Virus record (IMG/VR): IMGVR_UViG_3300014969_000015 | DNA from: an uncultured virus (IMG/VR IMGVR_UViG_3300014969_000015) | Taxonomy: Duplodnaviria > Heunggongvirae > Uroviricota > Caudoviricetes | Length of the DNA: 20,000 nt | Reading direction: 5' to 3' (one strand) | Shown here: positions 1 to 8,046 of the stretch, in pieces | How positions within the stretch are numbered: position 1 is the stretch's first letter | Layout of the letters: every line of letters begins with the position of its first letter | Notes under the pieces: generated by a model | Database searches by the model: none | Told to the model about the DNA's origin: nothing | What the model saw: the letters and a program-made list of their open reading frames with translations, nothing else | Translations under genes and position numbers: made by a program

Positions 1-124
1 GCGCAACTACAAAATAGTCTCCGACCCTTACGCGTCTTGGCATGCCTCAAGATACCATCCACCACCCGCAGCGCGCCAGATCCGCAAGCGCTTGGTTCTT
101 CAAGGCCTTCCCATACCACATGGT

Positions 125-194
125 GGGTGCCCAGATACCCGGCTCCTAGCTGCCACACCCTTGTGAAGGGTAGAGGCAGGGTGAAAATGCACTC
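125..194. promoter_or_regulatory. Paired palindromic element E1: GGGTG-cccaga-TACCC (125-140) and GGGTG-aaaatg-CACTC (179-194)
   Basis: Two GGGTR-N6-YACYC boxes 54 bp apart with hairpin CTGCC-AC-ACCCTT-GTG-AAGGGT-AGA-GGCAG (150-179) between them; upstream of the ORF at 262. Confidence 0.7.
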
Positions 195-261
195 ACAGCC
201 ACTAATCACGGGCTTGCCTTGGGGTCCTGCTCGGCACATAGATCGCAAGGAGCCTTTGTCC

Positions 262-477
262 ATGAATAAGCCTACGAGCACGCATGCAGCGCTGGCAGCC
301 ATGGCGCTGGAAGACGCGAGGAAGACGCGACTTGACGAAGAAGCGTCTGGTCGCGTGCGCCTCGACGCAATCGAGGCTGTGCGCTCGTGCGGACTTTCGC
401 TCCGAGAGGCAGTGACTGCCATCGACCATGTTTTGCTACACGGTCACCACTATCTCCATGACGGTGTGGGACGCTAA
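262..477 (+). CDS. Small hypothetical protein with ribosomal L7/L12 C-terminal-domain-like motif
   Basis: AAGGAG RBS at 247-252 before ATG 262; motif RLDAIEAVRSCGLSLREAVTAID resembles L7/L12 [24 protein letters not shown]; TAATG overlap with next gene. Confidence 0.6.
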   Translation: MNKPTSTHAALAAMALEDARKTRLDEEASGRVRLDAIEAVRSCGLSLREAVTAIDHVLLHGHHYLHDGVGR

Positions 478-689
478 TGTCGGCACTGAAGTACTCGTAT
501 GAAGACCTCGTGGGGTACGCAAGCCTTGCGATCGATGAGCATTTCAAAGAGCATCCTGGGGAGATCCACAAAGTTATTGGAGAGCTAAGAAAAGCGTTTC
601 CGATGTCTCTTCGAGATGCCCTCGATATCGTCAAAGAAGCGCGCCTCCGTAGGCTAGCTGACCTTAAAATTCTCATCCGGCGCGGATGA
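477..689 (+). CDS. Small hypothetical protein with L7/L12-CTD-like motif; possibly frameshifted near 666-669
   Basis: Coupled to upstream stop; motif IHKVIGELRKAFPMSLRDALDIVKEA. Confidence 0.65.
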   Translation: MSALKYSYEDLVGYASLAIDEHFKEHPGEIHKVIGELRKAFPMSLRDALDIVKEARLRRLADLKILIRRG

Positions 690-749
690 GCTGCCTATCT
701 CTGACTATGCCGTCACTATTCGCGGTCACCGATCTATCAAGGGCGCTGA

Positions 750-1112
750 ATGATCATCAAAACTGAGACAATTAACGGCAGGCAAATTGAGATCCACGAG
801 CATGCCTCCGGGCATCGACGCTTTTGGGCGAAGGTGGATCAGCAAGAGTTACTGAAGGCTGGGAGCCTGCGCGAAAGATTGTTTACAACGGCCGATGCAG
901 CACGGGCTGCTGCCCTCAAAGAGACCGAGATTTCTCAGACAGATGGTCTACCCGTACCGGGCGCGCGGGCGCGTGGGCGCGGAGCCCGGCAGCGCACACG
1001 CGAGAAGGAACGGGAAAATGCAGGGGGACCTCGTCCCGTACCTGGCTATTCTAACTTCGGAGGAGGGGGTCCATTCGCTCCCATGGGCACTCCGCCTCGG
1101 ACACCAAAGTGA
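750..1112 (+). CDS. Hypothetical protein
   Basis: 120-aa ORF, globular-looking N-terminal half with Arg/Gly/Pro-rich tail; fits operon tiling. Confidence 0.6.
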   Translation: MIIKTETINGRQIEIHEHASGHRRFWAKVDQQELLKAGSLRERLFTTADAARAAALKETEISQTDGLPVPGARARGRGARQRTREKERENAGGPRPVPGYSNFGGGGPFAPMGTPPRTPK

Positions 1113-1120
1113 GGTTTGCC

Positions 1121-1405
1121 ATGCGTCTCCGACTTTGCGCGCTCCTTCTGATCAGCCGTGGCATCACGGCCTGCACCACTGAGAACCTGCCCATCGATTC
1201 ACCATCCGCGGTCCTCTTGATCTGCGGAGAAGCTCCCCGACCCTCGGCTACACCGTCAATTACGTATTTACTCCAAGACGGGGTGTGGGCCGCCATGATG
1301 TCCCAATCAGATCTCGAAGCTCTCATGGTTGATCAAGACCGCCTATCCTCATGGGAGCGTTGTGCTACCGAGGCGTTCGTGCTGACCTGCCCACGGAAAA
1401 ATTGA
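1121..1405 (+). CDS. Small putative lipoprotein
   Basis: GAGGT RBS; MRLRLCALLLISRGITAC has basic N-region, hydrophobic stretch and lipobox-like ITA-C. Confidence 0.5.
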   Translation: MRLRLCALLLISRGITACTTENLPIDSPSAVLLICGEAPRPSATPSITYLLQDGVWAAMMSQSDLEALMVDQDRLSSWERCATEAFVLTCPRKN

Positions 1406-1407
1406 GG

Positions 1408-1680
1408 ATGCGCGACTGTCCAAAGCAAAAATCCCCCAGCACCCCACAATGCCACAAGCACCTGGATGAGGTGCTAGCCAGGATTTACACAATCTGGCCC
1501 GCCGATCGTGAGGGCGTGTTGGCCACGTCATCCGGCGCCTGGCACCAGGATCGTCACTGGCTGGTCCTCGACATCACGGATGGCTTGGACCAAGCGCGTG
1601 TCGTCGAAGGACCGGTTTCTCGAGAGACAGCCCTGCAGCGACAGCTAGAGCTCCGCACAATTTGCAGGGACCTGCCGTGA
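1408..1680 (+). CDS. Hypothetical protein
   Basis: ATG 1408 just after upstream stop; GTGA overlap with next gene. Confidence 0.55.
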   Translation: MRDCPKQKSPSTPQCHKHLDEVLARIYTIWPADREGVLATSSGAWHQDRHWLVLDITDGLDQARVVEGPVSRETALQRQLELRTICRDLP

Positions 1681-1913
1681 CGCTCGCCGACAAGCGCAAG
1701 GTGATCGAGGTGCTGATGTGCACCGGAGATCCCAACAAACTACTGCTGTTCGAGGTCGCGTCAGCCTTGGGCCGTAGCAGCGCTCCGGGGTATCGCGCCC
1801 TCGATGCCGTCCAGTTCGACAGCGACAACTATACCGGGCGCTGTCTCGAGGCTGCCTACCGTCTGATCGAGTCGTCGCCGACACTGCGGGGGGAATGGTT
1901 CGGATCGCAATGA
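1677..1913 (+). CDS. Hypothetical protein (MTLADKRKVIEVL...)
   Basis: GTGA overlap at start and ATGA overlap at end. Confidence 0.65.
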   Translation: MTLADKRKVIEVLMCTGDPNKLLLFEVASALGRSSAPGYRALDAVQFDSDNYTGRCLEAAYRLIESSPTLRGEWFGSQ

Positions 1914-2308
1914 GTGAAACAACGCAGGAAGAAGCACGCTGGGAAACCTGGGACCGCAACCGACTGCTCAAGCTCGTGGAGAAGCTACCGAGCACAATTC
2001 GAATTGGTATCTCACACCATGCCGATAGCATGTGGGCGCGGCGGCGGTCGCGGCATGCCGCGGCGGTCGGGAGGGCAGCGTGAGCCAACCGCGTGCGGAT
2101 CTCCGTCATGGGCCGATGGGCTGGATCTTCCCGGGTCCATGGGAAGAGCGCCAACGGTATGACGACGTCGACTGCGCTCGCGGCATCCGAGCGCGGTGCG
2201 GCTGCGGGGAGTGCACCACACACCGCGCTGTCGTAACCCGCAACAAGGCGCTCACTCGCCTCGGAGCCCGCCGCGAGTCGTTGCAGACACTGCGGCGGGA
2301 ATGGTTCG
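1868..2308 (+). repeat. 35-bp direct repeat, copies at 1868-1902 and 2274-2308 (32/35 identical)
   Basis: cgagtcgtcgccgacactgcggggggaatggttcg vs cgagtcgttgcagacactgcggcgggaatggttcg. Confidence 0.85.
1910..2083 (+). CDS. Small hypothetical protein (MSETTQEEARWETW...)
   Basis: ATGA/GTGA overlaps on both ends. Confidence 0.5.
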   Translation: MSETTQEEARWETWDRNRLLKLVEKLPSTIRIGISHHADSMWARRRSRHAAAVGRAA

Positions 2309-2352
2309 CTCGCAAGTCTTACCCCAACAGCTTACATAGGGAAGTTCCATGA
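2080..2352 (+). CDS. Hypothetical Cys-containing protein (CGCGEC)
   Basis: GTGA/ATGA overlaps on both ends. Confidence 0.55.
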   Translation: MSQPRADLRHGPMGWIFPGPWEERQRYDDVDCARGIRARCGCGECTTHRAVVTRNKALTRLGARRESLQTLRREWFARKSYPNSLHREVP

Positions 2353-2868
2353 TTGATGACAAAACCACGCTGACACATCAGCGGACCGCTCTCGTCGAGA
2401 GCCTCCTGACCCCGCTGTCAGCGCAAGAGCGCATTCGTGTTCAAGGGGAGCTTTCCCTCATCAATGCCAAGATCAAGGCACAGAACACAACGCTAGCTGC
2501 ACAGCTCAAAGCCGCCGCCGACCAGCGCAAGGTGTCAGGGCTGCTGGAGGCTCAAGCTAACGCCGCAAGGGCTCAGGGAAGAACCCCACGGGTCCCTGAT
2601 CCGTCGACACCAGCGACCGCAACGGACGCTTGGATTGACGCCGTGCTGCTCCATCACGACATTGACTTCACACGTACGGCTGCCGGCAAGATCTCGCTCA
2701 ACGTTCAACGTTTCACCGCCCTATAGCGCCGTCCTTGAAATGCTTATTGCAGGAATCTATGCACAGGCTCGAGGACAGGCGCTGCCAGAGCTGCCGCTGA
2801 TTCAACCTAAAGCCCAGGCCCCTGAGCCCCGTCGCCCATCCAAGTCCAAGAATGCCAAGAAGCGCTGA
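2349..2868 (+). pseudogene. Hypothetical coiled-coil protein split by a 7-bp tandem duplication
   Basis: ORF 2349-2726 and the tail of ORF 2635-2868 join into one 170-aa frame (...KISLNVSPPYSAVLEMLI...) if one TCAACGT copy at 2698-2711 is removed. Confidence 0.65.
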
Positions 2869-2919
2869 AGCGGACCTGGACAACGCGGCGACGCCGCGGA
2901 GTGTGTCGAGCTGTTCATG

Positions 2920-3198
2920 CTACGCGTATGGTGCGTATAGGCCGAATGCACTGACAGCCCTCAACAAGATAGGCATTGGCTCGCGAACAACCGCCACGAC
3001 GTGACCTCCGCCAGGGCCGAATTGTTTGAGCCCTGCAATGTAAGCGGACTCCTCATCGGAATGTACGCTCACAACAGCGTCGTTACGGAACACGACCCAC
3101 TTCCCTTTGTACAGTGGGAGAAGTTGCAAGATCTTGGCGCGGAACCGCGCAGACTCGTTCTTGACGCGCGCGAGGATCGTGTCTCGATCCGATATCAT
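2920..3198 (-). CDS. DUF5678-like small protein
   Basis: Motif LLPLYKGKWVVFRNDAVVSVHSDEESAYIAGLKQFG resembles the Y-x-GKWV signature of DUF5678 (recognised from memory, not searched); start could be 3216 or 3225. Confidence 0.6.
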   Translation of the reverse strand: MISDRDTILARVKNESARFRAKILQLLPLYKGKWVVFRNDAVVSVHSDEESAYIAGLKQFGPGGGHVVAVVREPMPILLRAVSAFGLYAPYA

Positions 3199-3299
3199 TG
3201 GCCGATCCGAGTCCATGACACACAATCTTAGCAGTTCGACAGTTATCGATCCCCTATGGGGGAGGAATCCAGAACGAATCCTGGCACACGACGTGCGTT

Positions 3300-3315
3300 G
3301 GGTGCAACGCTACTC
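3300..3315. promoter_or_regulatory. Single GGGTG-caacgc-TACTC box
   Basis: Matches GGGTR-N6-YACYC; lies in a divergent intergenic gap; followed by hairpin CTGCCAGC...GCTTGCAG (3335-3361). Confidence 0.5.
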
Positions 3316-3466
3316 GGTCTGTTACCCGCAATTGCTGCCAGCGCGCCCGCCCAGCTTGCAGACGACGCCCCGACAGTAGACGAAAAGGCTCTAAAAACAA
3401 ATACTCCCATGCTAAGAAGGACTACCAGGAAGCGCGCCGCGCGCGCATGCCACGAAGAAGGTCAGC

Positions 3467-4015
3467 ATGCCCCCAAAGAAGAAAGCTCCGCCACGCGCTT
3501 TGAAGACGCCTCTGACAACCAACCCCCTCGACATGATCCGACGTATCCTGAGGTCAACCGGCTTCGAGGAGGAAGAAGCGTACGGGCAGGCGCCCGATGA
3601 GGTGCTGTTCATGTCTCGGGAAGAAGCCGAAGACCGTGCGGATCCCGAGACGGTCCGCTTTGCGAGAGAGAAGGCCAAGGAACTCGAGAGCGCTGTGCCA
3701 GGAGCGCGGGCACGAGTCGAAGTCGTCGATGAGTGGGTCTCGATCAGAGTGACGCTGCCCCGGGGGGCGCAACGTAATCCAGAGCCCACTCCTGAGCCCC
3801 GCACACGGATCCTAGATCTTCCTCCTCGGCAGCGGCCGAGCCTCCGACCCGGAGACGAGGTGAAGTACGTCAACTTCACAACCGGCAGATCCTACGAGGG
3901 GAAAGCTGTCGTGACCTGGGACCACGGCAAGAGCGTCGAGGCCCTCACGCTGCCATCCAACGAGAAAATTCTGCTAGAGCGCGCGGCCGACGGATTGCTC
4001 CGAAGGTTCACGTAA
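3467..4015 (+). CDS. Hypothetical protein, possible C-terminal SH3/KOW-like beta domain
   Basis: 182-aa ORF, GAAGG upstream, strong GC3 bias; LRPGDEVKYVNF...GKAVV pattern. Confidence 0.75.
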   Translation: MPPKKKAPPRALKTPLTTNPLDMIRRILRSTGFEEEEAYGQAPDEVLFMSREEAEDRADPETVRFAREKAKELESAVPGARARVEVVDEWVSIRVTLPRGAQRNPEPTPEPRTRILDLPPRQRPSLRPGDEVKYVNFTTGRSYEGKAVVTWDHGKSVEALTLPSNEKILLERAADGLLRRFT

Positions 4016-4164
4016 AACGAGACGGCGCCGCCACGACAATGGGACATGCAACGCCGTCGCTCATCGAGCGCGCGGACCCCTCGGCTTCCCTCAGTCGCCA
4101 AACGAACCGCCATCTGTTGGACGAGATGCACGACACCAACGAAACTTTTCAGCTCTTGGCGCCT

Positions 4165-4234
4165 GGGTACACAGCTACCCGTATCTGGTACGACGCGGGG
4201 CGTGAAGCGTTAGCACCAGGGTTATTATTTACCC
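4165..4234. promoter_or_regulatory. Paired palindromic element E2: GGGTA-cacagc-TACCC (4165-4180) and GGGTT-attatt-TACCC (4219-4234)
   Basis: 54-bp spacing; intervening hairpin CTGGT-AC-GACGC-(GGGGCGTGAA)-GCGTT-AGC-ACCAG (4185-4219); upstream of parB-like gene. Confidence 0.75.
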
Positions 4235-4331
4235 AGGATTTGCCTTCGCGGACTTAGCTATTCATCCCGGCCGGCACGCGACGTGCTCCTTAGGAGAATC
4301 GTACTGCCAACGACGCCCAGGAGAATCAAAA

Positions 4332-5246
4332 ATGTCCAAGCCCTTCGAACATGCCACCCGCGCCGATGCCCAGGGCATCAATCCCCTCTACCTCTGCATC
4401 GTCGGGGGGCTCGCGCTCCCCAAGGACGAGAGGGGTCCCCTCGACACCGAATGGGACGCGAACAGCCCGTTTCACGCGCACGACCTGCTTCGCCCCCTAG
4501 AGGCCCGAGACGTCGACGACGTGTACGAGCAGGGCGTCATCGCGCCCATCGAGGTCGTTCGGGTCAAGCGCGACGGCCAGGACGTTCCCGTGGTCAACTG
4601 GGGGAGAGGCCGCGTCCGGAAGGCGCGGCTCGCAAACATCCGTCGAAAGAAGGAGGGTTTGCCGCTCATCGAGGTGAAGTTCGTCGTTGTTCGAATCGCG
4701 AACAACATCGCCTTGCTCAAGAGAGCCTTTGCCGAGAACCTCCGCCGCAAGACCTTCGGTCTGCTCGATCAAATCGAGCTTGCCAAGCAGTTTCTGGCGC
4801 ATGGCGCCAGCGACGAAGCCGCTGCAAAGGAGATCGGCATCCCCCTCGCCAAGTTCAAGCAGGTTATGGCATTCGAGGACCACGCCACTCCGACCGTGAA
4901 GGAGGCCCTCCGCCAGGATCGCCTGAGCCCCAGCGCAGGATTCGTACTCGCCGCGATCGAGGACCCCGCCGAGCAGGATCAGCGCTTGGCCGAGCTTTTG
5001 AGTGCTCCCAAGCCCACGGTGCGCCGCGCGAGGGAGCTGAGTGGCAAGGCGGAGGACTCTCCCCCTCGGCGGCCCATGCAGAAGAGGCTTCTGGCACGTG
5101 TCGACAAGCAGCCGCGCGGAGACGCGTGGATGCAAGGAGCCAAGGCCGCGCTCGCCTGGGTCCTGGATGGGACCCTGCACAAGGATCTCGCCAAGCTCCT
5201 CGACAGTGCGGAGGAGGAGCCTGCCGCGGGTAAGAAGAAGGCCTAA
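4332..5246 (+). CDS. ParB/RepB/Spo0J-family protein (ParB-like CTPase domain + HTH)
   Basis: GVIAPIEV box I, WGRGRVRKA (GxxRxxA-like) box II, AENLRR motif, HTH GASDEAAAKEIGIP; AGGAG RBS at 4319-4323. Confidence 0.85.
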   Translation: MSKPFEHATRADAQGINPLYLCIVGGLALPKDERGPLDTEWDANSPFHAHDLLRPLEARDVDDVYEQGVIAPIEVVRVKRDGQDVPVVNWGRGRVRKARLANIRRKKEGLPLIEVKFVVVRIANNIALLKRAFAENLRRKTFGLLDQIELAKQFLAHGASDEAAAKEIGIPLAKFKQVMAFEDHATPTVKEALRQDRLSPSAGFVLAAIEDPAEQDQRLAELLSAPKPTVRRARELSGKAEDSPPRRPMQKRLLARVDKQPRGDAWMQGAKAALAWVLDGTLHKDLAKLLDSAEEEPAAGKKKA

Positions 5247-5305
5247 GTGCAGGGGCCCGCGCCAGCCCGCGGTCTCCTAGGGCCGCAGTACGCCGAGTGG
5301 CCGAA

Positions 5306-5350
5306 GGGGGTCGCGCACCAGAGGGCCACGCGCCAGAGGGTCACGCACCA
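5306..5350 (+). repeat. 3 x 15-bp imperfect tandem repeat
   Basis: gggggtcgcgcacca / gagggccacgcgcca / gagggtcacgcacca. Confidence 0.8.
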
Positions 5351-5392
5351 GTCATGACAACCAACACAAACACAAACCACGCCGACATTGCG

Positions 5393-5466
5393 CCTCCCCC
5401 GGGCGCGGAGGCTCGTTGCGAGGAGACATTACTCCTCCCCCGGGCGAGGAGGCTTGTTGCGAGGAG
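5393..5466 (+). repeat. 2 x 33-bp direct repeat (period 41) with CCTCC...GGAGG hairpin, in the leader of the LuxR gene
   Basis: cctcccccgggcgcggaggctcgttgcgaggag (5393-5425) vs cctcccccgggcgaggaggcttgttgcgaggag (5434-5466), 31/33 identical. Confidence 0.85.
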
Positions 5467-5482
5467 CGAAAAGGAGCCTTCC

Positions 5483-5965
5483 ATGAAGAAAGCGCGCCTG
5501 CGTAAACAGGTGCAAAGCAAGCTCGTGGGCCAAGCGCTCACAGCGCGCGAAAATGCGGTCCTTTGGCTCGTCATTGAAGGCCTGTCAAACAAGTTGATCG
5601 CGGATCGAATGGCGCTCTCTGAGCACACCGTGAAGTTTCATTTGAGAAACGCCGGGAAGAAAATTGGAACAACCTCACGCACCAAAGCTGCCATCGATTT
5701 TGCTTTAGGCCAAGGCCGGACCGCTCTCGCGCGTATCTCGCCAGCCTCTGAAAAATCAGAGCTTGCTGCGAAACGTGACAAGCTTCTTGAGGACAACTGG
5801 ATCGGAGGTTTCGCAGTGGCCCTTGCAGAGGTCCTCCGCTATGGAGGAGGATACACTTGCGTGTGCCAAGCAGCACGAGCAGCCGGTGTAACCCTCGCGG
5901 CTGCACAAGAGGCAGGAGTTCCCGCGCTTCATCTAGAAACGCTCAAGAGCGCGCTGACCCCGTGA
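5483..5965 (+). CDS. LuxR/GerE-type HTH regulator (N-terminal HTH, unknown C-terminal domain)
   Basis: LTARENAVLWLVIEGLSNKLIADRMALSEHTVKFHLRNAGKKIGTTSR is a canonical LuxR HTH; AAGGAG RBS at 5471-5476. Confidence 0.88.
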   Translation: MKKARLRKQVQSKLVGQALTARENAVLWLVIEGLSNKLIADRMALSEHTVKFHLRNAGKKIGTTSRTKAAIDFALGQGRTALARISPASEKSELAAKRDKLLEDNWIGGFAVALAEVLRYGGGYTCVCQAARAAGVTLAAAQEAGVPALHLETLKSALTP

Positions 5966-6156
5966 CCCCGCGCGTAAGAAGGCGGTTGACACTTTTCTGG
6001 TGACAGGGCACGAAGATTAAAATGATCCACATCCGCAGCAGAAGTGTGCGCCGGAACCGGGTTCCCCTCACCCGAGTGCCCGCAGGGCCCCTCTATAACA
6101 GGCTCGCGGCCAGATCCGGCGCACCCTTTTGTTGCGGAGAACCTGAGGAATCCCTC

Positions 6157-7059
6157 ATGAACCCGCTAGATCCGGAAGGTGCCCCTCGTCCTCTAGATCC
6201 GGAGGGCAGCCCTTTAGACGAGAAGTTCGAGCACGGAATCGCAGCCCTTCGACACGAGCTCTCGCTCAAGGCCATTACTTGGGCCCGCGCAGATCGCAAT
6301 TGTGATGACCTAGCCGCGGCGCTGACTCGAGCCGAAGAAGAACCTGCTCAAAACGCGCTAAAGCGCCTTCAGATCAATTTCCAGCGCGCGTGCCAGCACG
6401 TAGAAGTCTGTGAAGAGGCTCTCAAACAGACAGCACGTGAGCTAGAAAGCGCTTTGGGAAGGCCGGAGGCCGGATCAATGAAAAAGGAATACAGCGGTGA
6501 TGCCGAGGGCGCAACTGTCAACTTGTGCGCTATCATCGAGCGTTTGCTACAGCTTCTCGACGAGAAGGACGCGCAAATCGGCGAGCTGCAGGATAAACTC
6601 GATGCAACCAAGTCCGAATTGGAACACGCGTCGGGTTGGTCTCAACACACGGTTTACAAGGATCCGTCCAAGGCTCCTAATCCAGAGTTGCCCGTCCCAC
6701 GGCTGGAGATCCGCTGGAGCGCGATCAAGAACGGAAGGCACGAGATCGAGGCGATCTATTCGCTTGTCTACCGCCACCTCCTGGGTCACATCGTGTTCGT
6801 ACCCTTCGGCAAAACCGGCTCCTCTGGAGCACTCGCCGATCGAGTGCGCGGGCACGTCATCGAGACACCGTACCGGGACGGTTGTCACTTCGCAAATGAG
6901 ATGCGACAGCTCAATCTCCGCGGATTTGTCGTCGCTGGCTCCAGTGTCTACGAGGCCAAGCTATGCTCGAAATGCGGACGATTCGAAGAGGCGCATCGCG
7001 GAAGGCTGTTCGGGGATGCGTGTACTTATCAAGACAGTGTATTGGAGCACGACCCGTGA
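6157..7059 (+). CDS. Hypothetical coiled-coil protein with C-terminal CxxC..H..C motif
   Basis: GAGGAA RBS before ATG 6157; PLDPEG repeat at N-terminus; heptad-like segments; CSKCGRFEEAH...C. Confidence 0.75.
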   Translation: MNPLDPEGAPRPLDPEGSPLDEKFEHGIAALRHELSLKAITWARADRNCDDLAAALTRAEEEPAQNALKRLQINFQRACQHVEVCEEALKQTARELESALGRPEAGSMKKEYSGDAEGATVNLCAIIERLLQLLDEKDAQIGELQDKLDATKSELEHASGWSQHTVYKDPSKAPNPELPVPRLEIRWSAIKNGRHEIEAIYSLVYRHLLGHIVFVPFGKTGSSGALADRVRGHVIETPYRDGCHFANEMRQLNLRGFVVAGSSVYEAKLCSKCGRFEEAHRGRLFGDACTYQDSVLEHDP

Positions 7060-7259
7060 ACGATCGACTGACCAAACAGGGGATACGCAATCTCAATCCA
7101 GTCGGGCATAATGGTCACAGGAATGCTGGTAAACAGTGCCGGCATCATTTCGCCATCCGCCTCATTATTGGCACACGCTGGACCATCGAATCGTACGAGG
7201 AGCCTGTGTACGGGCGCAAATGTCTGTGGTGCCCAACAATCCGGGAAGAGATCTGCTAA
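7056..7259 (+). CDS. Small putative Zn-binding protein (CRH...CLWC)
   Basis: GTGA overlap with upstream stop. Confidence 0.55.
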   Translation: MNDRLTKQGIRNLNPVGHNGHRNAGKQCRHHFAIRLIIGTRWTIESYEEPVYGRKCLWCPTIREEIC

Positions 7260-7278
7260 TTAAAAGGAAGACGTTCAC

Positions 7279-8019
7279 ATGGTTAATAACCCGCTAGCCG
7301 TGGAAGATCCGCTCATGAACCCTGTCGCACATGAGCTGATGAATAATGGACGCTCAGTTAAGGTGGATCTAGGCGCCATCATCAAGGCGTGTGCCTATGT
7401 GATTGCGGACCGGGCGTCCTATCACTTTGACGGATCGCCGCCAATGGTCGCGCTTAGCGCTGACGTGGTGCTTGCCGTCGCGGAGTTTACACAAAAGCTC
7501 GTAGAATGGGCTCCCCACGGGACCAAGACAGCAAAATGGCAAGCATTCATCGCAAAAGGACCCTCCGTAGGAGGAGCCGGGGTCGCGGATGCCGAAGGCA
7601 GCACAGTTAACCGCATCCACATATCAGCGGCACGTGCAAGCGTAATCAAGCGAGAACCTCGCGGCTGCCCTTGTGATGATGGCGACGGTGAAGGCTGTCC
7701 AGTGCACGGCATCGGATCGCCAGACAGCTCTCCAAATGTCCTTGCCCCCTCCAGGATGGCTGAAACGCCGTCCCCCTGGCGGGACTTACCCCCCACGCAC
7801 GTTGAGGTTAACAGCGGTGGCATCCATTGGTGGATTCAGCTGGCGGGCTGCGTGCCCTGGCCGGTGGAGTTATTCACGCGCGGTGACAGGATCTTCGAGG
7901 CCAAGAGCGGGCTGCCAATCAAGCGCCAGCATCTAGAGGGTGCGCGGTGGGCGCTGTGTGTGCCTCCGGCAGCCGTTGCCGAAGATCCCATTCACCCCTC
8001 GCATCCAGACCTGATATAA
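7279..8019 (+). CDS. Hypothetical protein
   Basis: 246-aa ORF with AAGGAAG upstream; CPC...CPVH motif; Trp-rich C-terminal domain. Confidence 0.7.
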   Translation: MVNNPLAVEDPLMNPVAHELMNNGRSVKVDLGAIIKACAYVIADRASYHFDGSPPMVALSADVVLAVAEFTQKLVEWAPHGTKTAKWQAFIAKGPSVGGAGVADAEGSTVNRIHISAARASVIKREPRGCPCDDGDGEGCPVHGIGSPDSSPNVLAPSRMAETPSPWRDLPPTHVEVNSGGIHWWIQLAGCVPWPVELFTRGDRIFEAKSGLPIKRQHLEGARWALCVPPAAVAEDPIHPSHPDLI

Positions 8020-8046
8020 AAATCAAGAATCCTATAAGGTACGCAG

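Noticed and set aside
1..121. Minus-strand gene start running off the left edge
   Set aside because: Two candidate open frames, too little sequence to choose or support either
1121..1405. o-spanin (Rz1) assignment for the small lipoprotein
   Set aside because: No adjacent endolysin, holin or i-spanin
4283..5233. 316-aa + ORF and 227-aa - ORF overlapping parB
   Set aside because: Arg/Pro-rich shadow frames expected from high GC3 coding; the same applies to most overlapping ORFs in the track
5393..5466. 33-bp repeat pair as a mini-CRISPR
   Set aside because: Only two copies separated by 8 bp
5986..6023. Sigma70 promoter TTGACA...TAAAAT
   Set aside because: Spacer is 26 bp, not 16-18
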